Positions 25,590 through 37,111 of a stretch of DNA of 64,000 nucleotides are shown one piece after another; position 1 is the stretch's first letter, and every line of letters starts with the position of its first letter. Origin of the DNA: Lepidodermella squamata. Lineage: Eukaryota; Animalia; Gastrotricha. The notes beneath the pieces were generated by a model. That model worked only from the letters and a program-made list of their open reading frames with translations. It searched no databases and was not told where the DNA came from. The DNA lies in NCBI GenBank assembly GCA_047495785.1, contig JBLDXI010000029.1, positions 2,728,001-2,792,000 of the forward strand, written 5' to 3'. A program made the position numbers and the translations under genes.

Positions 25590-27627
25590 TCACTCGTGGT
25601 TTTGATTAGGAGTAACGAGTTTTGGCGGTCCATTCGGCCCATCTCTGTTGCAGTCAAGCCCAACTGCAGCAGTTGGTGGGGATCGGCAAGCTTCGGTTAT
25701 TTGCCTCATTTCCTTCGCCGACAGGGGTGAATCATAGACTGAGATACAGGCCATGTGGTCACCTTCCATCAAGCCGTACTTCGTATTGGTTTCGCGATCT
25801 AAAGCCCCTCCGACTACAATCGATGGCACCCATTGAATGGCCGAGTCTGATGCGTAAATGAGCTTCCGATCGACAGTTGTTGAATTCGAGTACATTGCAT
25901 TCATATCAAATTTAATTTTCGATAAGTCCAAATGCAATGTATTAGATTTATAAAATCTGTAAACCGTGAACTCCTGATCGGTGGAATTATATGTAAGGCC
26001 AACGAAACACCAGGCCGAGAAGAGATCTGGTAAAGCTAGTGATGCTGCGACACTACTGTTCCGTTTGTCGTAAACTTTGATATTAAGCATGTAGTCCTCT
26101 GAGTAATGAAGGGTTAGAAACGAGTTCTCCAGCTCCATCTCAAACAGTCCACTAGGCCGGCGATCGCGCCAACGTCGATTTTCACTACCTTGGCCTCTCG
26201 CATCTGCGAAGAACGAGGCTGAAAATCCTGATGGCTTCAGTGGTACCATTGTCTTGTAAGCAGCCAGGGTTTTATTATCCTTCTTTTCCTTATTGATGCA
26301 GCAGTAACCAACTGCGAAGCTGAAGTGGTCGGAAACATCTCTGTAGGGCGACTCGGGTTCACACACAGCAGTATTCGATCTACTAACCGGCTGGATTCCG
26401 CAAATTGTGTCGTTCAGCTCAGATTTTTTGTCCATATACGGTGCAAATACAAGAGATTTAGGACTAGGCCATTGAACGCCGAGTTGTACTGAATGAAATA
26501 AAACTTGGTTTGTATAATGAAAGATTTCCATATTGAAAGAGATAGAGAGCGGAGTACCGCTAAGGATGGTAGGGATCATCCCTACCAGTTCCGTCGTTCA
26601 GCCGAAGACCAAAGACTCTTATGTTGATTTTCCTTATACGGCTAGTTTAATATAATGCTCATACCCTAAAGGCTTAAATCCCTTATAGCCGCACAATATA
26701 TACGCTATAGTTCGCTAGAGGTGTCTACCTGTTGTAGTGTTCCCTATGAATAAAGCCATCAAACTCACCGTTTCCATCACGCTTGCAGTTAACTGTCGGC
26801 GATTTCTTAGGAGCTTCGCGGCACGATTCGGGTAATTGGCCGATTTCATTCGTATTCAATGCAGTGTTAAACATCGAGAAACAGAACAAATTTTGGCCGG
26901 TTCGGAATGCCCATTCTTGGTAAGCATCCCTATCCAAAGCATCGCCGAGCGTTAGTTGACTCCAGTCTCCCCCGATCTGCAGAGGTTTGGTCATGTTGCC
27001 AGAAGCCGACATTGTTAAATTGGTCTTTTGATCGATGACGTAAACTGTCAGTTGGCTCGCTGAACTATCGTGAGACATAGCGAAAAACCGCCAGCTATCA
27101 GCCCCACAAGCGCTTGAGACCCTGAGCCTGATTGTTATATTGATATCGTCCTTATCGAAAACTTTAACGATAAGTTCATTTGACAGGCAGACCACTGTTA
27201 CGATAGACTGGTCAGTTTCAAGTTCCAGCAAACCAGAATCAGTGTCGGCCAATGATTTCAGGTAAAATGATAGCGTGAAGCTAGGCTTTATCGGAACAGG
27301 GTGATAGATCGAAAGGTAGTCCCAGTATCTTCCACTGCCTGCTTTCAAAGAGTAAGAACCAGTTAGATCCCCGAACGGGTTGTTTTTTGGGTCAAATGCG
27401 GCAAAAGAGCTCGTGTTTACTGGAGCTAGGTTGCAAATCCTATCGTTCAAATCGTTGTTTCTGTCCATCTGGGCATGGAATACTAAAGCGTCGAGTCTTG
27501 GCCAGGCGGTAGCTGCTGTAGAAACTTATAATTGCGTATACCATTAACATTTTAAGTTAAATTCGTGCATGATCATACCTGGAGCTAAATACCCGATTGA
27601 TAACAATACAAGATACAACGACTTCAT
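25590..27627 (-). CDS. Array copy 5: two-LamG-like-domain protein lacking the GPI tail, about 567 aa
   Basis: Exons 27627-27579, 27524-26769 and 26488-25590 are in frame; ends PKLVTPNQNHE*; a decayed tail sequence lies at 25497-25589. Confidence 0.8.
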
Positions 27628-29240
27628 CACGGTGCAGCTGTGCGAGCTTAATCAATAATATTTGATACTGACCCAAACTAAAAATAAATTCACGGCCGTC
27701 GCCTTGTGATCGTATCGTAAAAAATGGTTTATATATATGCTATTGTCACGGCTAATTATCTTTGTAAATTACAAAAAATGGGTCACATGCCATTGACAAA
27801 GCATCAAATAGGCAATTGGTTCTAAGAAAGTGAAATAGGCGGCTATTTTTGCCTCCAGGAGAACTGGTCATTCAGGGGCAAGACAGACATTCAGAAATAA
27901 ACGAGGTTATTTGCTTAACAATTTGCTGAACAATAGCTTCCCCTGGAAGAGTAAAAAAAAGCATCTTGAATAAATAAATAACAATAATAATAATAACAAT
28001 CAATCCTCAATCCTCAATCATTTACCATTTAGTATTCCATCAATGAGTTTATGGTATTTGCGAATGAAAAAACCACGAAAAGCCTGAAGCGTGCACCTTA
28101 TTTATTCTCAACAATCTAAGATAAAAACCATTGATCTGTAAAGATCGAGAGATCACGCCGCCTTAGCTTGCGGGGTTAACACTTTTAGGCATGTGTATCG
28201 TTTATCGTCTTCAGCTTATTCAAACTAAATTGCGTCCGCCTTCATCATTGACATTTTCTTCTTTATTAGAGAGCAAAACTTATTCGAACAACAACACATT
28301 TACGGCTGAAATCCCCTTTGTCCCGCGTCGAATTTGAAATTGGTCAGGGATTCTCATAATATTGCCTGACTGAATTTGTTTCATGAGATTTAAATCTTGC
28401 GGGTTTTTCAGCAGCAAAACATGCATATAGAGCCCTAGAAGAGGCCAGTTTTGAGGCAAAAGGGTCGAAGGCGAAATTCGTGGAAGGAATTCCGGGAAAT
28501 ATCGCGGGCTCCTTTTGACATAGTACTCGGGAGGAAGCTGTTACCTTCTTCGCATTACGCGTATACCTTGTATACCGCTAAAAAAAGGCGAAAAATCACA
28601 TGGGAGGAGCGATTTCAAAAGAATAGCATCGCAAAAAGGTGTGTCCTGCAGGCAATTGTTCACCCAGGACTGGTTTTTATTGTGTAATAATCGCGTAACA
28701 TAAGTTACATACGTACATACATACAGTGTATTTTAGTCTATTTCTAAAGAATATTCTAAAGAATAAGCTGAAGCTGTACCCGCACGTGATTTTAGTAGTG
28801 AAATTCCGCGCGCGACAATTGAAAGCGCCAACTTTCCAAGCAACTTTCGAATTTCCCAAATTTTTTACTTCCATTGCAAAATACATCAAATATCTAATGT
28901 AGAATTGATAATGGGCTTCTAGCTCGTAAAACTGAAAGCAATCTTTGTGTACTTGTGCTCAAAATTTGGTGTCTAAACACGCAAGTTACTAGGGCGCGCT
29001 TTACTTTGAATGCGCGTAAACAAATTTGGCTTTACATTTTCCGATCGAGAAACTTATATTCAGTCGATTCTAAATTTGATATAAAAACCATGGGAAATTC
29101 GATTGTTAGCCTATATTATCGAGCGCGTGGAAGAGACCTAGGCGGCCTGTGCCGACCAATTTCCTACAGCTCAGATAACACATCTCAGATAAATTACCGG
29201 AAAGTATAATATAAAATATCCGAGGCAATTAATAACAACT

Positions 29241-31166
29241 CTACATCACCATAACTAACAAGATGAATAACAGCGCCAGTAAAGATTCAGACACGTAATT
29301 TCGATTGGCGCCAGTAGTAGAATCCCTAGTGGGAGAAGAGGTTACGCCACTAATCAAACCACCAGTAGATTTAACAGAAGCTGTAACGAGTTTAGACGTT
29401 CCATTCGGCCCATCTCTATTGCAGTCGAGTCCAACAGCAGCAGATGGTGGAGATCGACAAGCTTCGGTTATTTGCCTCATTTCCTTCGCCGACAGGGGTG
29501 AATCGTAGACTGAGACACAGGCCATATGGTCACCTTCCACCATGCCGTACTTAGTATTGTTCTCGCGATCTAAAGCTCCTCCGACAACAATCGACGGCAC
29601 CCATTGAATGGCCGAGTCTGATGCGTAAAACAACTTCCGATCGACAGTTGTTGAATTCGAGCGCAACGTATTAAAATCAAATGTAAAGTTCGAGAAGTCA
29701 AAATAAAGATATGGGCTTCTTTTGTGAAATTGATAAACCGTCAACTTCTGATCGCTTGAATTATACGTAAGGCCAATGAAAGTCCACTCCCTGCAGAGAT
29801 TAGGTAAAGCTAGGGATGCTGCGACACTACTGTTCCGTTTGTCGTAAACTTTGATATTAAGCATGTAGTCCTCTGAGCAATGAAGGGTTAGAAACGAGTT
29901 TCCCAGCTCCATCTCAAACAGTCCACTAGGCAGGCGACCGCGCCAATCTGGATTAATACGACCTTGGCCACTCGCATCTGCGAAGAAAGAGGCTGAAAAT
30001 CCTGATGGTTTCAGTGGCACCATTGTCTTGTAAGCAGCCAGGGTTTTATTATGACTCCTGTTGATACAGCAGTAGCTAACTGCGAAGCTGTAGTAGTCGG
30101 AACCGTACGGCGAAATGCTTTCACGCACAGCAGTATCTGATATGCTATCCGGCTTGATTCCGCAGATTGTGTCGTTCATTTGCGATTTTTTGTCCAGATA
30201 AGGAGCAAATACAAGAGATTTTGGATTCGGCCACTGAACGCCGAGTTGAACTGAAAACAGTGAGAGATTTAGTTGATTGTAGTTATACCATAATTTTTGT
30301 TTGAATCTAATTTTCCTATATAGGTTCCTGCCACTGAACTTACCGTTTCCGTCACGCTTGCAATCAACCGTCGGGGATTTCTTAGGAGCTTCGCGGCACG
30401 ATTCGGTTAATTGGCCGATTTCACTCGAATTCAAGGCGGCGTTGAACATCGAGAAGCAGAACAAGTTCTGGCCATTTTGGTATACCCAAACATTGTAAGC
30501 ATCCTCATGCAAAGCATCGCCGAGCATTAATTGACTCCAGTCTCCGCCGATCGGCAGGGGTTTGAACATATAGCCAGTAACCGACTTTATTAAATTGGTC
30601 TTAGGATCGAAGACATAAGCCGTCAGTTGGCTCGTTGAGCTATCGTGGGATATCGCAAAAAACCGCCAACTATAATCCCCACAAGCGCTTGAGACGTTGA
30701 GCCTGATTGTTGTATTTAATTCGTCCTTGTCGAAAACTTTGACGATAAGGTCATTTGACAGGCAGACAGCTGTTACGATAGACTTGTCGGTTTCAAGTTC
30801 CAGCAAGCCACCATCACTATTAGGCGAAGATTTCCGGTAAAACGATAGCGTGAAGCTGGGCTTTATCGGAACAGGGCGATAGATCGAAAGGTAGTCCCAG
30901 TTTCTTCCCCTATTTGTATTCAAAGAGTAAGAACCAGTTAATTGCCCGAACGGGTTGTTTCCAGGGACGAATCGGGCGAACTCGCTTGTGTTAACTGGTG
31001 CTAGGTTGCATATTCTGTCATTCGTATCGTTATTTCTGTCCAAGTGGGCATGTAATACTAATGCGTCGAGTCTTGGCCAGGCAGTGGTTGCTGCAGTACC
31101 TTCGAGCATGATCATACCTGGAGCTAAATACCCGATTGATAACAATACAAGATACAGCGACTTCAT
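29241..31166 (-). CDS. Array copy 6: two-LamG-like-domain GPI-type protein
   Basis: Continuous ORF from ATG 31166; intron 1 shrunk to 18 nt (31100-31117); intron 2 is 93 nt (30251-30343); both are in frame and stop-free. Confidence 0.88.
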   Translation of the reverse strand: MKSLYLVLLSIGYLAPGMIMLEGTAATTAWPRLDALVLHAHLDRNNDTNDRICNLAPVNTSEFARFVPGNNPFGQLTGSYSLNTNRGRNWDYLSIYRPVPIKPSFTLSFYRKSSPNSDGGLLELETDKSIVTAVCLSNDLIVKVFDKDELNTTIRLNVSSACGDYSWRFFAISHDSSTSQLTAYVFDPKTNLIKSVTGYMFKPLPIGGDWSQLMLGDALHEDAYNVWVYQNGQNLFCFSMFNAALNSSEIGQLTESCREAPKKSPTVDCKRDGNGKFSGRNLYRKIRFKQKLWYNYNQLNLSLFSVQLGVQWPNPKSLVFAPYLDKKSQMNDTICGIKPDSISDTAVRESISPYGSDYYSFAVSYCCINRSHNKTLAAYKTMVPLKPSGFSASFFADASGQGRINPDWRGRLPSGLFEMELGNSFLTLHCSEDYMLNIKVYDKRNSSVAASLALPNLCREWTFIGLTYNSSDQKLTVYQFHKRSPYLYFDFSNFTFDFNTLRSNSTTVDRKLFYASDSAIQWVPSIVVGGALDRENNTKYGMVEGDHMACVSVYDSPLSAKEMRQITEACRSPPSAAVGLDCNRDGPNGTSKLVTASVKSTGGLISGVTSSPTRDSTTGANRNYVSESLLALLFILLVMVM

Positions 31167-31620
31167 CACGATGCAGCTGGGCGCGTTGACTCAATAAGAT
31201 TTGATACTGACCCACACAAAAAATAAATTCAAGGCCGGCGCCTTGTAAATCACAAAAAATGATGTATATGCTATTGACACAGCAGCTATTCATGTTCTAA
31301 TAGGCCTAAAGAATGTGAATACTGATGAAATATTACGTCGCATGTGATCGTAATTCAATGTAATTCATGTAATTCAATATGCTCAAAGGTATAGTGTACC
31401 TGGAAAATTATCTTTGAAAATTACAAAAAATGGGTCACATGCAATTGACACAGCAGCAAATAGGCAATATGCCCAAAGAAAGTGATAATAGACCGGAGTG
31501 TCCTCTCCTGGAAAGTTTGAAATTTATGAACTGGATGAACTACTAGAAAATCCAACAGACCAAATGTCAAAAAATGGTGGTTGGAAACTAAAAGGCTAGG
31601 AGGCAAAAATAATGACAAAT

Positions 31621-31830
31621 AAGGGTGATCGGTGGCCCTTTCTTTCCGCACAAGGAGATTCACAAGCTCATGTAACGGTCAAACGACAAGAAGACGCTAA
31701 ACCAGATCGATCACATCACGGTCATCCGCCGCTGGCGAAGTTCTCTTCAGGATGTTAAAGGCCATCGCGGGGCCAACATGAGCAAAGACCACATGCTAGT
31801 TGTAGGCTCTGTATACGCCTAAACCTGGCG
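31621..31830 (+). mobile_element. RTE-type endonuclease relic
   Basis: VIGGPFFPHKEIHK...NQIDHITVIRRWRSSLQDVKGHRGANMSKDHMLV. Confidence 0.75.
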
Positions 31831-32262
31831 CCACCGAAGGGAAGGGTGGCGCTCTGAGGGATCCTGAAGAAAGGTCAAAGTTCTCGCGAAGTCTGACTGA
31901 CTCAGTCAAGTCGTGAAATCTCGTCTCCACTCGCCTAAAGGCTCGCTCCGACTCTTTTCCCCTGTTTCATTCGTATTAGTCGATCTATATTACGTGCTAC
32001 TCAAAAATATAGATTTGATGCTACTGATTCGTGTATCTTTGTAGGCAACATCCGAAAGCTATTAGGATGGATAAATTCGTTAAATTGATGGAACTGTGAA
32101 TTAGCAAAGTCGAAATCCCCAAATCGTTGAGTAAATCTGACTTAAATTAACGACGTTCAGCGATTGTTACATCTTCTGTTATTTGTTGAGTAAGACAAAC
32201 GTTTTCTTGAGATACGAAATATTTCACAATATTAAAACAGCATAAACACGGCATGTATGTCC

Positions 32263-34368
32263 CTAAATCAAGTCGTTTAAACCTCCGTGAGACAAATCTC
32301 CAAATAGATATCGTCCACTGTAGTTGTCGAATGAGCATACTAATGGTTCCGTTTTAGGCACGAATCTCCGAGTTGGAGCTAGCGAAAAGTGCGAAGCTGA
32401 TTCTCCAAAGCCGCTGCGGCTGATGACCAAGGCATCCATCTCAATCAATATCAGCCAGTCCAGCCACGATTTCCCAGCCTGAAGCCATATCAAATCGTTC
32501 ATTAGATCCGTCTCAGGCAACATATCGATATGCTGAACAGTTAGGTTTTGCATTCCATCAGTTGAGAATATTTTTATCCGGCTGGAATTTACGATGCCTG
32601 GGCCAAGTAAATTCAGAATTTCGCTGTAAGTTATCGCCCAATCTGTTGTCATGAAAAGCGTGACATTATTCCCACGAAAGTCGGGAGAATCTAGCACGCG
32701 AAGAACTTCGTTCGCGTAGCATTTCAGCTCTGGAAGCCGTGACATGTCATGAAGGTTGTCAATATCTGAAATGATCGGATAGCATGAGATATTTGAAATT
32801 ACTGAGCAGTAACAGTTGGCAAGTGGATTTGGACCATTATGTACCAGTTTTGAAATTGCTGGAATGTGAGGTAAGGACAAACCGTGGAGTGCTTCGGGTT
32901 CATTAGGGGTATTGTTCCTATAGCCAACAGAAAACCACTTACATAATTACATAAAATTACGTGAATTTTGCAGGGATCCGATAAATTTGCAAATCAACAG
33001 GGGGGACCCTTACGTTTTTCAGAAATTTTCGAATGCCAGGGGGTTTTACTGTCTCAATTTTATGCCAAAAGATTCCCCGTGTTTCAATGTACTACAAAGC
33101 CAAATTGCCTCCAAGAATGTAGTCAAAAAATGAATGCGAAGTAGCATTTCGAAAATTTGGCTACTATGCTAAATAGGTCAGTTGACTAGGCCTGATCTGG
33201 ATTTGACATATTTTTCCGATTCCGGAAAACAATTTGCGAAAATAACCAGTCCACCAGTCGTTTTTACGTTTCTCGGAGCTCAACTATTGTAATTGAAAAT
33301 AACGAGAAGGAACTAGAACTTAAAAATGCTCAAAAATGTGAAAATTGCGTCAAAATCCCATGGTTCAATAGTTACCAGTCATTCGGTGGAACACACTTGT
33401 TTTTCCTACTTACACAAAGTCCGAATTTGAAGACCAAGTTTGATAGAATTATCCCAAAACTCGCGACCAACTGTATTGGATATCACGCTGTTGTATAGCT
33501 CTTTCAACTTTGCGTTAGGTCGGCCGAACATGAGGCGGATCGCGGCTGAAATCGCGACGTTCAAGTCATCGCTGTAGCTCATCAATCCAGGTGCTGATTG
33601 ATTAAAGTTGGCTTGAAAAGCCTTATTCCGCAAAATCGTATCTAGACCAGCATGCCGGTTACTCTTAATCTTCAGATCGCTATACTGCTCATGCTCTTCT
33701 ATAAATTTCTCGTTGGAAAGAAGTTCCATATACGGTTCGTCGGGTAAGTCTCCTTGATGCAACAGCCATTTAATATTTTCTGAGCGTTTCGCGGTGACTT
33801 TTTGAAACGTCGCAGCATCCACGTCGTAGAAATGCTCGTTCATTTCAAAATAATCAGCTGCATCCGATGGTCTTTGCCATTCCATGTTGAAAACGCGGCC
33901 AGTGCCTATTGCGAGGTAAAAGGCAATGACAGCGCCTCGAAGTCGATCTCCGAGACCGTGGCATTCAGGCCGTTTTATTTTGCACTTGGCCGAAGGATCA
34001 CGACCACTCAGAGATGGGAACATAAAGTCGTAACACGTGTCGTTGCCAAGCTTTGGGAATCTGCAGGTAGTCGTAAGTAACTTGAGCGATTCGCCTCGCC
34101 TCATTTTCTGTGCCATCACCTTGAAATAGTGCTCAGTGATGGATTTGGCCAGATCAATAGCTTTCCCTGGTTTCGGCGAGATTTCGATAGGATGATCATA
34201 TTCATCCATAGAAACCTACTGGTCATATTCAGGCGATTCAGAGATAGGTCCAGAGATAGCGACATGTGAACTGGGAATTTGCTGGCGAGAGAGAAATGCG
34301 ATTGCAAGCAAAGCTACAACAGCTGCAACTGAGGCTACTAAAAATTTGTGTGCATCATTCTGAGCCAT
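32263..34368 (-). pseudogene. GT-B fucosyltransferase-superfamily gene (GT11/GT23/GT37-like), type II membrane protein, apparently disrupted
   Basis: Signal anchor FLVASVAAVVALLAIAFL from ATG 34368. Motifs GLGDRLRG, LGLQIR, LFMTTD and DWLILIEMDALVISRSGFG. In-frame TAG at 34216-34218; insertion at 32944-33407. Confidence 0.7.
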
Positions 34369-35224
34369 CGGTCAAGGAGAACGCTAACAGGAATTCGTGT
34401 TCAAAACTTACATTGAGAAGGATTAACTAGGAGGATTGGTTAAATTTACTCGTGATGTGAGACTAATCAAACCGTCAGCCATTCGCGATGTTACGCTCAC
34501 ACTTCTTGTGCGCGAGCCAGAGACCGACCGCGCTTATTGATTGAGTTGAGTGGCCGAACGATAGACAAATCTATACAAATCGGAAAGTAACGATCTTCCT
34601 ATAGTAGATAAATTCACACCAAAACGTGAAAAAGTGGGCACGCGACCTTCAGTTTTATTCACTCATATCCGCACATTGTACTTTTTTAGATTTGTTATTA
34701 ATTTTCAAAATTCCTAGAGAAAAACTGTTATTTCCCAAAAATTCCGAAACAATTTTATGAGACGGTTTTGTTTTTATTTTTTTGAATTGTCTCCAAGTTG
34801 GTGAAAACACTCTTCTAAAACACATAGTATTTTCCTTGGAATTTTTCGGCGTCAAATAAAAAAGTTTACCGCGCCCTGGAAGATTCTTAAAATGGCAATT
34901 TTTCGTATAAGTGACAAACTTTGTGACAATATAAAAAAGTTAAGAAAACCGTCTCATGACACGGGACTCATTCGATAGAGGAGCGCTTGTGGTATTCCGG
35001 AATTTTTTTTTAGAATTTTCAGGAAATGAAAATTTTTCTCTGGGAATTTTAGAAATCAGGCCTTCAGGCCAATGTTATTTGATTTCTGAAAGTATTCGTA
35101 GCATATATGCATTTTATTTGCAAGAAGATAACACGGAGATCACATTTTTCTATAATCACATTTCATGTAAAATATCGATGAAAGACCACAGAAAAACCTC
35201 ACGGTAAACGAAGTTTGTGGTATA

Positions 35225-35541
35225 AAATATATTTCTCTCTTAACAATGTCGTGTACATAGGATAAATTTAAATTGCGGGTGTCGGTCACGCGCGAAAGGG
35301 CGACATTAAGCTGACCGTGTGGAAACGCCTCGCGCTGCTTGAGAGACAGGCCAACAAAATGGAAGGTCTGAAGCTGGCGCGTTTGTTGATTGAGCATCTG
35401 AAGGCTAATCGTACAGGAAACTGCCTCCAACGAATGACTACAGGTGTACCATTCTGATCGGCAATGAGAGGAATGCGTTGAATCTTGCCTTGGATAACGT
35501 TATGTCGCGATCGCTGAACAGATTGTCCAGTTCCATTGCAT
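35225..35541 (-). mobile_element. Helitron PIF1-like helicase C-terminal relic
   Basis: CNGT, RIPL, RQFPVRLAF, SINK, VGLSL and HGQLNVALSRV across frameshifts. Confidence 0.85.
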
Positions 35542-35836
35542 CTTTCCATTTGGCCCATCTCTATTACAGTCGAGTCCTATAGCAGCAGTCGGTGGCGATC
35601 GACAAGCTTCAGTTATTTGCCTCATTTCCTTCGCCGACAGGGGTGAGTCGCAGATCGTAACACGCGTCATATTGTCATTTTCCATCAAGCCGTACTATGT
35701 ATTGGTCTCTCGACCGAAAGTTCATCCGACTGCAATCTGCAATCGATGGCACCCATTGAATGGCCGAGTCTGATGCGTAAAACGGCTTCCGATCGACAGT
35801 TGTAGAATTTGAGTACATTGTATTCATATCAAACGT
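35542..35836 (-). pseudogene. Fragment of array exon 3
   Basis: FDMNTMYSNSTTVDRKP..ASDSAIQWVPSI and SPLSAKEMRQITEACRSPPTAAIGLDCNRDGPNGK, with indels. Confidence 0.85.
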
Positions 35837-35842
35837 ATTGAA

Positions 35843-36033
35843 ACAGGTTGAAGCAGCTTCGATTTCAACAGGGGCGCAGGTGTTCTCGAGGAGGTGTTTG
35901 GCGCAGACTCACGGCGAGTCGAAGCGAGTTCGATTCGTTCACCGGGAACGTTGGTAAATTCTGATCAATGCCAATGATTAGGCTACATGGAACACCTGCG
36001 CCCCTGTTAATATCGAAACCGCTTCAACCCGTT
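35843..36033. mobile_element. Small foldback MITE
   Basis: About 44-bp imperfect inverted arms including aacaggggcgcaggtgttc / gaacacctgcgcccctgtt. Confidence 0.7.
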
Positions 36034-36106
36034 GTGAATCTACAACCTTTCCATTCCCGCTCGCCCTTGAGCCGGAAGTTCTCACCTGTCTGCAGATCCA
36101 AATATA

Positions 36107-37111
36107 GTCCATCTTCCCGCACAAGTGCGGGTCGATGCGGGATGAGTGCGGGACAACTGCGGGACAGGTGCCAAAACATTGCGGGAGGACTGCGGGATGA
36201 CTGCGGGAAGAGTGCGGGATGAATGCGGGATAAAGTGATGCGGGGTGCGGAACAGACCCACAGCCTATATCCCGCAGGGATGTGGGATGGCAACATGCGG
36301 GTAATGATGCGACATAACTTAAACATCATCACAAATAAACAAACATGTATTTCACGAATAATGGCGTTTCCCGCCATTAATATAACCGCGAAATTTCGAG
36401 CAAGCTGAGTCAGTTCACTTGTGACAATTTCACTTAACAATCCCTAAATTTACTTCTCAGTTGTGCAAACTATTTGTTGGTTCGATCGATTTATTCGTGA
36501 CTGTTATTCAAGCGGAACCAGTGGTGCAATCGATTCGATTGCGGGTGTTGGGCTAGTGGCCACTGGTTCGATTCCCGCCCGCATCTGATTTTTTTTATTT
36601 GTATTTTATTTCAAAAAATTTAAATTTCGACTGGCGCATTGGCGGCAAATGGCAATTCGATAAAAACTGCCAAAGCCGACAAGGCGGCCGACTGTCAAGA
36701 AGGCAAAATCGTCAAAATTCATGCTAAATCGATTTATTCGTGACTGTTATTCAAGCGGAACCAGTGGTGCAATCGATTCGATTGCGGGTGTTGGGCGAGT
36801 GGCCACTGGTTCAATGCTCACAACTGCTCAGTTTAGTTTTTATGAAATGCTGATGCCTGATGCGGGACACGTTAGTGCGGGATCCGTCCCGCAGAGTTGC
36901 GGGGCGGATCCCGCACTGCCGTCGCAGCTGTAATACATCATCCCGCATCTGACCCGCATATGTGCGGGATGGTGGGGACTAGTGCGGGACCAGCTTGTGG
37001 AGCGATCCCGCATAGTATCCCGCACTTGTGCGGGTCAAAACTTGAAGAGTGCGGGGCCGGCTTAAAACTTTGTATCCCGCACCATCCCGCACTGAGTGCG
37101 GGAAGATGGAC
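36107..37111. mobile_element. Non-autonomous TIR element with GCGGG subterminal repeats and internal tRNA-like sequence
   Basis: TIR gtccatcttcccgcac / gtgcgggaagatggac flanked by TA; internal ~85-bp direct repeat (about 36487-36570 and 36728-36812). Confidence 0.8.
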
